Shown here in pieces: positions 7,800-18,127 of a stretch of DNA of 64,000 bases. The stretch comes from Myxococcota bacterium (lineage in GTDB: Bacteria; Myxococcota_A; UBA9042; PHBI01; JAWLBL01). The DNA lies in contig JAWLBL010000007.1 of the NCBI GenBank assembly GCA_041687695.1, forward strand, positions 128,001-192,000, given 5' to 3'. Every line of letters starts with the position of its first letter. Position 1 is the first letter of the stretch. The notes beneath the pieces were generated by a model. The model searched no databases. It had not been told where the DNA came from and saw only the letters and a program-made list of their open reading frames with translations. The position numbers and the translations under genes were made by a program.

Positions 7800-9830
7800 A
7801 TGCGCAAGGCCTTGGGGTGGGCGGTCGTCGTGTGGGGCATGGCCGCGTGCGGCGGCGACGGCGAGGTGGCGGCCGACGCGCTGGACGCCAGCGTCGAGAT
7901 CGCCGACGGCGACGAGGCCGACGGCGCCGCCGACGAGGACGTCGCGACCGACCCCGGCGATGGCCAGGGGGACGCTCCGGACGTCGCGGCGCCGACCTGT
8001 CCGCCCGCGGGCGCCCCGGCGCCGCGGCCCGAGCCCGATCCGAGCCGGTCGCGCTTCGCGATGAGCCTGTTCCACTACAACATCGAGTACGTCCCCGGCG
8101 GGCTCGAGGGCGTGGACGAGGCGGGCGAGCCCATCTACGTGGCCGACCTCGAGGCCGTCCACGGCTGGGACAACGACGCGGTCGAGGACTGGATCGTCCG
8201 CGAGACCCTGGAGCCCATCCTGGACATCTACCTGCGCCACCCGACCTGGGGCGTGAACCTGGAGATGCAGGGCTACATGGTCGAGGTGATGGCGGCGCGC
8301 CATCCGGACGTGCTGGACAAGCTGCGGGAGCTGGCGTGGGCGGGGCAGGCCGAGCTCATCAGCTTCCACTACGCGGCGCAGCTGTTCTTGGCCTACCCGG
8401 CCGAGGACCTCGCCCGGTCCATCGCCCGGACGCGCGAGGTCTTCGAGGAGCACTGCCTGCCGCTGTCCGACGTGGTCTTCAACCAGGAGGGGCAGGCCGG
8501 CGAGGGGCGCCAGCGCATGGCGGTCGAGCAGGGCTACGAGGTCGGCGTCTACCCGAAGAACCTGTTCCTGTATCAGTACCAGTCGGCGCAGTGGTGGCCC
8601 TGGTACGAGAGCGAGGGCGGGACGTTGATCGTCGGCCCGGGCGGCGTGGACCCCGCCAGCGGCGTCGAGGTCGCCTGGGACTTCTTCGACGACGGCGAGC
8701 TGCGGGCCGTGCTGGACGGGGTCAACCCCTACCTGGCCTTCCTGGGCGGCGCCGACGAGGCGCGCGTGGCCGAGTTCGAGGCCAAGCTGGCCGCGCGGGA
8801 GGCGGCCGGGTTCGCGATGGCGACCATCGGCGACTACGTGCGGCACCTCGAGGCCAAGGGCGTCGAGAAGAAGCCGGCGCCGCCGCTGCTGGACGGGACG
8901 TGGCAGGCCAAGAGCACCGACTCGATCCACCGCTGGTTGGGCGGGGCGAGCGACGTGTGGCACCCGGCCGAGGAGGACAACCGGGTGCGGACGGGCAACG
9001 CCGTCGCTCGGATGCACGTGGCGGCGACCCAGGTGCTGGTCGAGCACGCGGCCGCCGAGGGCGTGGACGTCACCGCGGCCGAGGCCGAGCTGGCGGCGCT
9101 GTGGAAGGACGTCTTCCACGCCGAGGTCAGCGACGCGAGCGGCGTCAACCCGTGGCGCGGCGAGGTCCTGTGGAGCCTGCGCCTCAACGATTCGCTGATG
9201 GAGCGCTCTGCGGCGCTGCGGGCGACGCTGCTCTCGGCGCTGGGCACGCCGCACGCCCTGGTCGACCTCGCGGCGCGCGCCGTGACCCCGCTCGAGGATC
9301 TGCCGATGCCCGAGCCGCTCGAGGAGACGACGGCGCCGCTGGAGGTGGCCGTGACGGCGCCCGGCCGTAGCCTCGACATGACCTGGCTGGGGGTCGGCGA
9401 GGGGCGCCATCGCCTGCAGATCGCCATCGGCGCCGCCGGCTCGGGCGAACCCTGCGAGGGCTGCGATCCGCGCCTTCTGCGCGTCGACTTCCCGCGGACC
9501 GAGGACGTCATCGCCTACAGCCCCGGCCTCATCGAGGACGAGGTCCGCTCCTACGACCTGGGCGCCTTCGATCTGCAGCGGGGCGAGGTCTACCTGCCGC
9601 TCGCCAACGGCCTCATCGGCCTGGGTGACGGCTGGTGGGCCATCAAGCACGTCCGGCACGTGCACGTCGCCGCCCGGGTCGCGCCGGCCGACGCGACCAT
9701 CGGCTTCATCGACGAGACCCAGGCCCTGGGGGACGGCGCCTTCTGGGTGTTCGAGGTGGTCCAGGGCGACGCCGCCGAGGCGCTGGCCATCGCGAACCGC
9801 CTGAACCTGACGCCGGTGGTCACCTACTGA
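7800..9830 (+). CDS. Lipoprotein with GH57-like (glycoside hydrolase/deacetylase barrel) domain
   Basis: Lipobox MAAC and an acidic linker; FHYNIEY, NLEMQG..., AELISFHY, FNQE, DDGE and HAEVSD resemble GH57 conserved regions. Confidence 0.65.
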   Translation: MRKALGWAVVVWGMAACGGDGEVAADALDASVEIADGDEADGAADEDVATDPGDGQGDAPDVAAPTCPPAGAPAPRPEPDPSRSRFAMSLFHYNIEYVPGGLEGVDEAGEPIYVADLEAVHGWDNDAVEDWIVRETLEPILDIYLRHPTWGVNLEMQGYMVEVMAARHPDVLDKLRELAWAGQAELISFHYAAQLFLAYPAEDLARSIARTREVFEEHCLPLSDVVFNQEGQAGEGRQRMAVEQGYEVGVYPKNLFLYQYQSAQWWPWYESEGGTLIVGPGGVDPASGVEVAWDFFDDGELRAVLDGVNPYLAFLGGADEARVAEFEAKLAAREAAGFAMATIGDYVRHLEAKGVEKKPAPPLLDGTWQAKSTDSIHRWLGGASDVWHPAEEDNRVRTGNAVARMHVAATQVLVEHAAAEGVDVTAAEAELAALWKDVFHAEVSDASGVNPWRGEVLWSLRLNDSLMERSAALRATLLSALGTPHALVDLAARAVTPLEDLPMPEPLEETTAPLEVAVTAPGRSLDMTWLGVGEGRHRLQIAIGAAGSGEPCEGCDPRLLRVDFPRTEDVIAYSPGLIEDEVRSYDLGAFDLQRGEVYLPLANGLIGLGDGWWAIKHVRHVHVAARVAPADATIGFIDETQALGDGAFWVFEVVQGDAAEALAIANRLNLTPVVTY

Positions 9831-10153
9831 GCGTCGCCCTCGGTGGTCGCGGGCGGGCAGGGGCCGGCGTCGCCGCCGTCGTCGCAGCCCTCGACGTCGG
9901 GGCCGACGTCGGCCTCTCCACCGTCGCCCCCGTCGTCGCCCGCGAGCCCGTCTCCCGGGACCGCGGCGTCGCCCAGGGTGACGGCGTCGTCGTCCTCGGT
10001 GATCTCGGTGCCGGCGATGGTCCACTCGTCGCCCTGGTGCGCGTCGACGATGTCGACGTATTCGCCCGGATGCGGCGTGGGGTTGGCCGTGCCGCACGCC
10101 GCGCCGAGGGCGAGCGCCAGGGCCGTCAGCAACATTCGGCGCGCGATGACCAT
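9824..10153 (-). CDS. Small acidic lipoprotein
   Basis: MVIARRMLLTALALALGAAC lipobox; Asp/Gly-rich body. Confidence 0.65.
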   Translation of the reverse strand: MVIARRMLLTALALALGAACGTANPTPHPGEYVDIVDAHQGDEWTIAGTEITEDDDAVTLGDAAVPGDGLAGDDGGDGGEADVGPDVEGCDDGGDAGPCPPATTEGDAQ

Positions 10154-10294
10154 CGATGCCTCCCCGCCCCACCTCGGGGCCGGCGCGGGAGCATAGCCGC
10201 CGCGCCGGCGCGATCCAATGGCCATCGCGGCGACGGTTGCGACCTGGAGCGAGGCTTGGCATCTTCGACGCCGAACCGACCGTGGAGGCCGAAG

Positions 10295-10864
10295 ATGCCG
10301 AAGACCCCGCGAGAGATGCACGAGGCCGTCATCGCCAACCTGGAGCCCAAGACCGGGCGGGACCTGGCCGGCTGGCTGGCGCTGCTGCGGGAGCAGGGGC
10401 CCACCGGGAAGGCGCGCGTCGCCTGGCTGAAGGCCGAGCACGGGCTGGGCCACGGGCAGGCGACCACCATCGTGCGCGAGGCCGACGGCGGGCCCGACTT
10501 CATGAAGGGCCCCGACGCGCTGCTGGCGGCCCAGTACGCGGACGACAAGGCCGCGCTGCGCCCCATCTACGAGGCCGTCGTGGCGGCCGCGACGGGCTTC
10601 GGCGACGACGTGCGGGTCGAGCCGTGCTCGGGCTACGTGTCGCTCTTGCGCAAGCGCCAGTTCGCGATGATCAAGGCGTCGACCAACAGCCGCGTGGACG
10701 TGGGCCTGGCGCTCTCGGACGCCCCGCTCCAGGGCCGCCTCGCCCCGGCGAAGTCCCTGGGCGGTTCGGACCGGATCACGCACCGCCTGCCGCTGGCCGG
10801 GATCGACGAGGTCGACGCCGAGGCCGTCGCCGCCCTGCGCGCCGCCTACGATCGGGACGTCTGA
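10295..10864 (+). CDS. DUF4287/DUF5655-type protein
   Basis: NLEPKTGRDLAGW, WLKAEHGLGHGQA, YVSLLRKRQFA, RITHR motifs; GGAGG RBS. Confidence 0.8.
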   Translation: MPKTPREMHEAVIANLEPKTGRDLAGWLALLREQGPTGKARVAWLKAEHGLGHGQATTIVREADGGPDFMKGPDALLAAQYADDKAALRPIYEAVVAAATGFGDDVRVEPCSGYVSLLRKRQFAMIKASTNSRVDVGLALSDAPLQGRLAPAKSLGGSDRITHRLPLAGIDEVDAEAVAALRAAYDRDV

Positions 10865-10950
10865 CCGCGAGACGACGAACGCCGGCCGCCCCGGCCCGGT
10901 GAGGGCGGCGCGCCGGCGTCCGAGGAGCGTGGACCCGCGGGCCTGGGGGC

Positions 10951-11415
10951 CTACTGCTTGTCGGCCTCGTAGGGGAACCAGATGTTGCGGAACCCGATGT
11001 CCTGCATCAGGGCGACCACGTCGATCATCGACTGGTAGCTGGTCTCCTGCTCGCCGCGGATCGAGATCGAGGCGTCGGGGCGCGTCTTGAAGAGCTCGCG
11101 CAGGCGCTTGTCGAGCTCCTCGGTGCTCACCTTCTCGGCGGCGACCTGGGCGGCCGCCTCGGGCGCCGCGTCCGCGGGCACGACGAGCAGGTGGAGCGAG
11201 CCGTCCTTGGTGATGAAGACGGTGGTCTTGTCGGTCGTGACCTCGACGTGCTGGGTGCTCGAGGTCGGCAGATCGATGCGGAACGCGTACTCGTCCTTCC
11301 GGAAGGTCGTCGTGACCAGCAGGAAGATGAGCAGCAGGAACACGACGTCGATGAGCGCCGTGATGTCGATCGCCGCGGCCGCGCGGCCGCGACCGCCGCG
11401 TGCGCCGAAGTTCAT
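10951..11415 (-). CDS. exbD: Biopolymer transporter ExbD/TolR
   Basis: IDITALIDVVFLLLIFLLVTTTF with conserved TM Asp; IDLP; ATG overlaps the exbB stop. Confidence 0.9.
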   Translation of the reverse strand: MNFGARGGRGRAAAAIDITALIDVVFLLLIFLLVTTTFRKDEYAFRIDLPTSSTQHVEVTTDKTTVFITKDGSLHLLVVPADAAPEAAAQVAAEKVSTEELDKRLRELFKTRPDASISIRGEQETSYQSMIDVVALMQDIGFRNIWFPYEADKQ

Positions 11416-12116
11416 GCCGGCTCCTCGATGCCCGCGGCCTTCTGGGCCACGTCCGCCGACGCCTTGGCGACCGCGTCGGCGCCCGGGACAGCCTGCAGGC
11501 GCGCCATCTCGGGGCTGACCATGTGATCGAGCAGCTCGAGGCTGGCGTCCTCGAGCTCGCGCCGGTAGCGGTCGATGCGGCCCTCGAGGTAGCGGTAGGC
11601 CACGAACAGCGGGATGGCGATGGTCAGGCCGGCGCCGGTGGTGATGAGGGCCTGCCAGATGCCGCCGGCGAGGACCGCGATGTCCGGGTTCTCGGTGCCG
11701 GCGACGTCCCGGAAGACCTGGATCATGCCGGTGACCGTGCCGAGCAGGCCCAGCAGCGGCGAGATGGCGGCCACCGTCGAGACGGCGCCGACGCCGGACT
11801 CGAGCGTGCCGACCTCGACCTGGCCGGTCTCCTCCATCGCCTCCTTGATGAGCGCGCGGCCGCCGGCGCGGTGCCGCAGGCCCGACTCGGCGATGCGGGC
11901 GATCATCGAGTTGCTCTCGCGGCAGACCTGCTCGGCGCGGGTGGGGTCGTGCGCGTCGAGGTGCCGCAGGAGGGTGGCGTAGGTGGTCTGGGGCAGGATG
12001 CGGCTGCGGCGCAGGGCCAGCAGGCGCTCGACGAAGACGGCCGCGCCCACCAGGGACCCGGCCAGGATGGCCCACATGAGCGGGCCGCCGCGCTCGAACA
12101 GTTCGATGAGGTCCAT
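11412..12116 (-). CDS. exbB: MotA/TolQ/ExbB proton channel protein
   Basis: GGPLMW, SPLLGLLGTVTGMIQVF, ALITTGAGLTIAIP. Confidence 0.9.
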   Translation of the reverse strand: MDLIELFERGGPLMWAILAGSLVGAAVFVERLLALRRSRILPQTTYATLLRHLDAHDPTRAEQVCRESNSMIARIAESGLRHRAGGRALIKEAMEETGQVEVGTLESGVGAVSTVAAISPLLGLLGTVTGMIQVFRDVAGTENPDIAVLAGGIWQALITTGAGLTIAIPLFVAYRYLEGRIDRYRRELEDASLELLDHMVSPEMARLQAVPGADAVAKASADVAQKAAGIEEPA

Positions 12117-12134
12117 AGCTCTCGCTTGTTATGG

Positions 12135-13985
12135 CTACGCCAGGGGCAGCGCGATCTGAAAGGTCGTGCCGCGTCCGGGCTCCGAGTGCACCGCGAGCTC
12201 GCCACCGTGCTCGTCGACGATCTTCTTGACGATGGCGAGACCCAGGCCTGTTCCGTGCTTCTTTCCGAAGGTCGCGAAGGGGTCGAACAGCCGCCCCGCC
12301 AGCTGCGGCGGGAGGCCCGGACCGTCGTCCGCGAACGTGAACAGTACCCTGTCAGCGTTTTGTTCCACTCGGATGTGGAATCTCCCACCCTGAGGCATCG
12401 CCTCGCGGGCGTTGCGGGCCAGGTTGAAGACGACCCGCTTCATCTTGCTCTCGTCCATGCGGACCCCCCCACGGTAGGGGGTCTCGACGACGAGGTCCAC
12501 GCCCGAGCCCGAAAACTCCTCGCGCAGCAGCTCGGAGATCTCCGCCATGAAAGCGGAAATCGACACCTTGCGCAGCAGCACCCGGCTGTCGCCGCGGGCG
12601 AAGGCGAGCAGCTCGCGCGTCATGTCCTCGAGCTGGCCTATCTGCTTGCGGATGGCGTCGCCGTGGACGTCGCGCCGCTCGCGGTCGGCCTCGCGCGCCA
12701 TCAAGGCCGCGTAGCCGCCGATGATCGTCAGCGGCGTCTTCATGTCGTGCACGACGCCCGACAGCATCTGCCCGATGGCGGCGAGGCGCTCGGCCTTCTG
12801 CTCCTCTTCCTGAGCGCGCGCGAGCACGACCGACAGGGCGAGGCGCCCGGCGATGAGCGAGAGCAGGCGCACCTCGCGGGTGTCGAAGCCGCTCGAGAAG
12901 TCCTGCCGGTTGACCAGCATCAGGCAGCCGACGCGCGTGTCCTGGTGGATCATCGGCACGCACACCAGCGTCTCGATGGGCCACGCGTCGGGGCCGGCGC
13001 CCGCCAGGTCGGCCAGCAGCTCGGGATCCTCGCCCGGGCCGCTCACGACCACCGGCTGGCCGCTCGCGAACACCCGCGCGAGCAGCGTCGTGGGGCGCTC
13101 CGGGTCGAGGCGGTGCGCCTCGGGGCCCGCGACGGCGGCGATCCGGAAGCGCTCGCTGCGCCCGTCGAGCACCGCGACCGCCCCCAGCGCGCTGGGGAAC
13201 TCCTGCATCGTCACGTCGAGCACGCCACGCGCCGCCTGGTCCAGGCTGGCGGCCGTCGCTGCGCACCGCTCGATGCCAAAGAGCAGCTCGAGCTCGGCCG
13301 TCCGCTCCTCGAGGCGCATCTGCGTCTCTTGGAGGTCGATGTTCTTTCCGATGAGGTCCAGGTACAGCTTGGAGTTCTGCAGCGCGATGGCCGACTGCGA
13401 GGCGATGGCGGCCAGCAGGTCCTCGTCGGCCGTCGTGAAGTAGCCGCTGCGCTTGTTGAGGACCTGGATGACGCCGATGATCTGCTGGCGCGTGTTGCGC
13501 AGCGGCTGGCACAGGACGCTGCGCGTGCGGAAGCTGCTCTCGCGGTCGGTCGAGACGTCGAAGCGCGGGTCCTTGTAGGCGTCCTTGACGTTGACCTGGC
13601 GGCCGTGGCGCGCGACCCAGCCGGCCAGCCCCTGGCCGACCGGCAGCTCGATGGTGCGCGGGGTCTCGCCGCGCATGACCTTGGACCACAGGCGCTCGCC
13701 GGACTCGTCGAGCAGGAACAGGGTCGCCCGCTCGGCGTCCATCAGGGTCGTCGTCCGCTCCATGACCGCCGTCAGGATGCGGTCGAGGTTGTGCTCGCTG
13801 GCGAGCAGGCGGCTGATGGCCTCGATGCCCCGGAGCTTGAGCTTGGCCAGGCGCAGCTCGTCCTCGAGCTCGTGGACGTGCGCCTCGAGCGTCTCGACGT
13901 GCTCGGCGGCCTCGGCCTCGAGCGACGCCGAGGCCCCCCCGGCGAGGGGGTCCCCGTGCTCGTGACCGGGGCCGGCGGGCTTCAT
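12135..13985 (-). CDS. Cytoplasmic double-GAF sensor histidine kinase
   Basis: Two GAF-like regions (GLAGWVA...[12 protein letters not shown]...IGVIQVLNK); H-box HDMKTPL; NLARNA, DDGPG, GTGLGL; no TM segment. Confidence 0.92.
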   Translation of the reverse strand: MKPAGPGHEHGDPLAGGASASLEAEAAEHVETLEAHVHELEDELRLAKLKLRGIEAISRLLASEHNLDRILTAVMERTTTLMDAERATLFLLDESGERLWSKVMRGETPRTIELPVGQGLAGWVARHGRQVNVKDAYKDPRFDVSTDRESSFRTRSVLCQPLRNTRQQIIGVIQVLNKRSGYFTTADEDLLAAIASQSAIALQNSKLYLDLIGKNIDLQETQMRLEERTAELELLFGIERCAATAASLDQAARGVLDVTMQEFPSALGAVAVLDGRSERFRIAAVAGPEAHRLDPERPTTLLARVFASGQPVVVSGPGEDPELLADLAGAGPDAWPIETLVCVPMIHQDTRVGCLMLVNRQDFSSGFDTREVRLLSLIAGRLALSVVLARAQEEEQKAERLAAIGQMLSGVVHDMKTPLTIIGGYAALMAREADRERRDVHGDAIRKQIGQLEDMTRELLAFARGDSRVLLRKVSISAFMAEISELLREEFSGSGVDLVVETPYRGGVRMDESKMKRVVFNLARNAREAMPQGGRFHIRVEQNADRVLFTFADDGPGLPPQLAGRLFDPFATFGKKHGTGLGLAIVKKIVDEHGGELAVHSEPGRGTTFQIALPLA

Positions 13986-13986
13986 C

Positions 13987-16695
13987 TCAGTGGGCCTCGA
14001 GCCACGTGCGGCCGTCCGCCGCGTTGACGTCGAGCGGCACGTCGAGCTGCACGACGCGCTCCATCTCGCGCTTGGCCAGGGCCTTGGCGTCGTCGACCAG
14101 GGCCTCGGGCGCCTCGAAGACCAGCTCGTCGTGCACCTGCAGCAGCATCCGCACCTGGGGCAGCTCGTCCTTCAGCTTGCCCTGGATGGCGATCATCGCC
14201 CGCTTGATGATGTCGGCGGCGCTGCCCTGGATGGGCGTGTTGATGGCGATGCGCTCGGCGGCCTGGCGCGCCATCGCGTTCTTCGAGTGGATGTCGGCGA
14301 CGCGCCGGATGCGCCCCATCATCGTCGAGACCTGCCCGGTCTTGCGCGCGGACTCGAGGGTCTCCTCCTTCCACTCGCGGATGCGCGGGTAGCGGCCGTA
14401 GTAGCGCTCGATGACGTCCTTGGCCTCCTGCCGGCTCAGGTTCTGCTCGCGCGCGAGGCGAAAGGCGCTCATCCCGTAGAGGATGCCGAAGTTGATGGTC
14501 TTGGCCATGTCGCGCTGGCCGCGCGTGACCTCGCCCTCGGCGACGCCGAACAGCTCGCTCGCGGTGCGGCGGTGGATGTCGGCGCCCTCGCGGAAGGCCT
14601 GCTGCATGCGCGGGTCGCCGCACAGGTGCGCCATCAGGCGCAGCTCGATCTGCGAGTAGTCGGCCGAGACGAGGCGGCAGCCCTCGGCCGCGATGAAGCA
14701 CTCGCGGATGCGCCGGCCCTCCTCGGTGCGGATGGGGATGTTCTGCAGGTTCGGGTCGGTCGAGCTGAGGCGCCCGGTCGCCGCGACGGCCTGGTTGTAG
14801 CTGGTGTGGATGCGCCCGGTCTCGGGGTGGACCAGCGTCGGCAGCACGTCGGCGTAGGTCGACTTGAGCTTGGTCAGCTGCCGCCACTGCACGATGAGCG
14901 CGGGCAGCTCGTGCTCGTCGGCCAGCTCCTCGAGCACCTGCTGGTTGGTCGACCAGCCGGTCTTGGTGCGCTTGGTCGCCGGCAGGCCCAGCTTGCCGAA
15001 GAGGATCTCGCCCAGCTGCTTGGGCGAGCCCAGCGAGAACGGCTCGCCGGCCAGCGCGTGGCAGCGCGCCTCGAGCGCGTCGGCGCGGCCGCCCAGCTCC
15101 TTGGACAGCGCGCGCAGGCGCTCCTCGTCGACCCGGACGCCGGCCCGCTCCATCTCGGCCAGGACGTAGGCGAGCGGCAGCTCGAGATCGGCCAGCAGCC
15201 CGTCGACGTTGGCCTCGGCCAGGCGCGGCGTCAGGCACGCGTCGAGCGCCATCGTGACCTGGGCGTCCTCGCACGAGTAGTCGCGCGCGACCTCGAGCAC
15301 GACCTGATCGAAGCGGATCTGGTCGCGCCCGGTGCCCGTCACGTCCGCGAGGCGGGTCGTCTTGTGGTTGAGGTGGTCGAGCGCAATGTTGTCCAGGGTG
15401 TGCTGGTACTTGTCGGCGTCGAGCAGGTAGCTGGCCAGGCACGGGTCGAAGCGCACGCCGCGCAGGGCCACGCCGTGGCGGGCCAGGATCTGCACGGCGG
15501 CCTTGAGATCGGCGGCCAGCTTGGGCTTGCCGGCGTCCTCGAGCAGCGGGCGCAGCGCCGCCAGCACCCGCGACATGGCCAGCTGCCCCAACGACTGGTG
15601 GCCGACCGGGACGTACCAGGCGCGCCGGGTGTCCACCGCGAAGGCGATGCCGCACAGGCAGGCCGAGACGGGGTGGGTGCTGGTGACCTGGGTGGCGAGC
15701 GCGAACTGGTCGGCCTCGGTCAGCGTCTGGACCAGGGCGTCCAGGGCCGCGTCGTCGGTGACCAGCGCGAAGCCGTCCTTGCCCAGGGCGACCGTTTGCG
15801 GCAGGCCGGCCTCGGCGTCGTGGAACTCGCGGTGCCAGGTCTTGAACTCGAGGCGCGCGAACAGCTCGGTCAGCGCGGCGCGGTCGGGCTCGCAGCACGT
15901 GAGGTCGTCCAGGGTGACGTCCAGCGGCACCTCGGTGGCCACGGTGGCCAGCTTCTGCGACAGGAAGGCCGCCTCGCGGTTGTTCTCGAGGGTCTCCTTG
16001 CGCTTGCCCTTGAGCTTGTCGAGGTTGGCGTAGATGCCCTCGAGGGTGCCGTAGTCGGCCAGCAGGCTGGCGGCGGTCTTGGCGCCGATGCCGGGCACGC
16101 CCGGGATGTTGTCGACGCTGTCGCCCATCAGCGCCAGCAGGTCGACGATCTGCTCGGGCCGCACGCCCATCTTCTCGAAGACCTCGGCCGGGCCGTAGCG
16201 CTTGTCCTTCATCGTGTCGAGCATCTCGACCTCGCCCGAGACGAGCTGCATCAGGTCCTTGTCGCTCGAGACGATGGTCGTGTGGATGCCGGCCTGCCGC
16301 GCCTGCGTGGCCAGGGTCGCCAGGATGTCGTCGGCCTCCCAGCCCTCCAGCTCGATGGCCGGGATGCGGAAGGCGCGCGTCACCTCGCGGACCAGGCCGA
16401 ACTGGGGCACCAGATCGGGCGGCGCCTCGGGGCGGTGCGCCTTGTACTCGGCGTACATGTCGTTGCGGAAGCTGTACGCGGACTTGTCGAACACGACCGC
16501 CAGCATGTCCGGCCTGGCCTCGCGGACCAGCTTGAGCAGCATCGCCGTGAAGCCGTAGACGGCGTTCGTCGGCAGCCCCTGGCTGTTGGACAGCGAGCGG
16601 ATGGCGAAGAAGGCGCGGAAGATGTAGGTGCTCCCGTCGACGAGGTAGAGCGTCTTCGGGGCGGCGGCGGGCGCGGTGGCGTCGGTCATCGGCAT
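13987..16695 (-). CDS. polA: DNA polymerase I
   Basis: 5'-3' exonuclease motifs (LVDGS, EADD, GDSVDNIPGVPGIG); TGRLSSTDPNLQNIP, DYSQIELR, KTINFGILYG, QVHDEL. Confidence 0.98.
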   Translation of the reverse strand: MPMTDATAPAAAPKTLYLVDGSTYIFRAFFAIRSLSNSQGLPTNAVYGFTAMLLKLVREARPDMLAVVFDKSAYSFRNDMYAEYKAHRPEAPPDLVPQFGLVREVTRAFRIPAIELEGWEADDILATLATQARQAGIHTTIVSSDKDLMQLVSGEVEMLDTMKDKRYGPAEVFEKMGVRPEQIVDLLALMGDSVDNIPGVPGIGAKTAASLLADYGTLEGIYANLDKLKGKRKETLENNREAAFLSQKLATVATEVPLDVTLDDLTCCEPDRAALTELFARLEFKTWHREFHDAEAGLPQTVALGKDGFALVTDDAALDALVQTLTEADQFALATQVTSTHPVSACLCGIAFAVDTRRAWYVPVGHQSLGQLAMSRVLAALRPLLEDAGKPKLAADLKAAVQILARHGVALRGVRFDPCLASYLLDADKYQHTLDNIALDHLNHKTTRLADVTGTGRDQIRFDQVVLEVARDYSCEDAQVTMALDACLTPRLAEANVDGLLADLELPLAYVLAEMERAGVRVDEERLRALSKELGGRADALEARCHALAGEPFSLGSPKQLGEILFGKLGLPATKRTKTGWSTNQQVLEELADEHELPALIVQWRQLTKLKSTYADVLPTLVHPETGRIHTSYNQAVAATGRLSSTDPNLQNIPIRTEEGRRIRECFIAAEGCRLVSADYSQIELRLMAHLCGDPRMQQAFREGADIHRRTASELFGVAEGEVTRGQRDMAKTINFGILYGMSAFRLAREQNLSRQEAKDVIERYYGRYPRIREWKEETLESARKTGQVSTMMGRIRRVADIHSKNAMARQAAERIAINTPIQGSAADIIKRAMIAIQGKLKDELPQVRMLLQVHDELVFEAPEALVDDAKALAKREMERVVQLDVPLDVNAADGRTWLEAH

Positions 16696-16777
16696 GTCCG
16701 GTCAACACGGTGGGCGGGGCAATCATCCCACCTCGAACCGGGCCTTGTCGACCGCGACGAGCCGGGGATCGGGGCCG

Positions 16778-17038
16778 TCAGCCGGGCCGGATCTTCTTGG
16801 GCTTGCAGGCCAGCGCGTCCTCGGGGGTCGCCGCATCGGCCAGGCACTGCACGCGGGCCTCGTCCCAGGCGGTGACGCAGGCCGAGACGAAGCGGTCGTG
16901 CTCGGCGGCGGTCGGCGTGCGCTGGGCCAGCTCGAGCAGGTGCTCGTAGGCTTCGGCGCATCGGAGCGGGCGCTGGTTGCACGCCCCGAAGGCCAGCGTC
17001 GCGAGCAGCCCCGCGAGGATTACCGGTTGACGGCGCAT
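16778..17038 (-). CDS. Small Cys-containing helical lipoprotein
   Basis: Lipobox FGAC; CAEAYEH...C...C...C pattern. Confidence 0.7.
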   Translation of the reverse strand: MRRQPVILAGLLATLAFGACNQRPLRCAEAYEHLLELAQRTPTAAEHDRFVSACVTAWDEARVQCLADAATPEDALACKPKKIRPG

Positions 17039-17094
17039 CGGGGGGTTCGTAATGCGCGGGGGCCGCGCGGTCAAGCGCGGGCGGAGTGTCCGGG

Positions 17095-18126
17095 ATGGAG
17101 CAGCGGGGGCCGCAGGGCGAGGCAGCGGGGCAGGGGGCCGACGGTCCGGCGGCGCGGTCCGAGCGCGTCAAGGCGCACGCGCGCCGGCTCGGCTTCGACC
17201 TCGTCGGCATCGCGCCGACCGAGGTGCCCGAGGCCTTCGGCCGCTTCGAGGCCGCCATGGACGCCGGCTACGGGGCCGACATGCGCTGGCTGACCGACGC
17301 CCGGCAGGCCCGCCGCAGCGCCACCGAGGTGCAGCCCGACGCGCGCTCCGTCGTGGTCGTCGGCGTCAGCTACGCCTCGGACACGCCCGGCTACCTGGCG
17401 GCGCCGCCCGGCCCCGACGAGGGCTGGATCTCGCGCTACGCCCAGGGCAAGGACTACCACGCCCACGTCCGCAAGATGCTGGTGAACCTGGTCCGCGCCT
17501 TCCAGGACGATCCCAAGCTGGGCTTGCCCAGCCACCGCCATCGCGTCTTCACCGACACCGGGCCGGTGCTCGAGAAGGCCTTCGCCCAGCGCGCCGGCCT
17601 CGGCTGGATCGGCAAGAACGCGCTCCTGGTCAGCCGCTCCCACGGCTCGTGGGTGTTCCTGGGGGTCGTCCTCACCCCGCTCGACCTCGCCCCCGACGCG
17701 CCCGGCGTCGACCACTGCGGCAGCTGCCGCCGCTGCCTCGACGTGTGCCCGACCGACGCCTTCCCGCGGCCCTACGTGCTGGACGCGCGCCGCTGCATCT
17801 CGGCCTGGACCATCGAGTCCGACGAGCCGCAGGCCGTCATCGATCCGAGCGCCCTGGGTCAGCACGTCTTCGGCTGCGACCTGTGCCAGGAGGTCTGCCC
17901 CTGGAACCGCAAAGCGCCGCCCACGCGCCACGCTCCGCTCGCTCCGCGGCCCGAGAACGTGCGGCCTCGGCTGGACGCCCTGCTGGCTCTGGACGAGGAT
18001 GCCTTCAAGGCGCGCTTCCCCAAGTCGGCGGTCCGCCGGGTCGACGCCCACCGCATGGGCAGCGTCATCCGCGTCATCCAGGCCCGCGACGCCGCGGCGC
18101 CCCCCTCCGACTCCCTCGAGGAATAG
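17095..18126 (+). CDS. queG: Epoxyqueuosine reductase
   Basis: ISRYAQGKDYH, DTGPVLEK, AGLGWIGKN, CGSCRRCLDVCP, GCDLCQEVCPWN. Confidence 0.95.
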   Translation: MEQRGPQGEAAGQGADGPAARSERVKAHARRLGFDLVGIAPTEVPEAFGRFEAAMDAGYGADMRWLTDARQARRSATEVQPDARSVVVVGVSYASDTPGYLAAPPGPDEGWISRYAQGKDYHAHVRKMLVNLVRAFQDDPKLGLPSHRHRVFTDTGPVLEKAFAQRAGLGWIGKNALLVSRSHGSWVFLGVVLTPLDLAPDAPGVDHCGSCRRCLDVCPTDAFPRPYVLDARRCISAWTIESDEPQAVIDPSALGQHVFGCDLCQEVCPWNRKAPPTRHAPLAPRPENVRPRLDALLALDEDAFKARFPKSAVRRVDAHRMGSVIRVIQARDAAAPPSDSLEE

Positions 18127-18127
18127 G

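Noticed and set aside
6195..10262. Very long alternative ORFs (this 1355-aa frame, 13990..16875, 11400..14027, the 5' extension of 36281..40279 and others)
   Set aside because: Arg/Gly/Pro-rich antisense or off-frame shadows of real genes, expected at this GC content.
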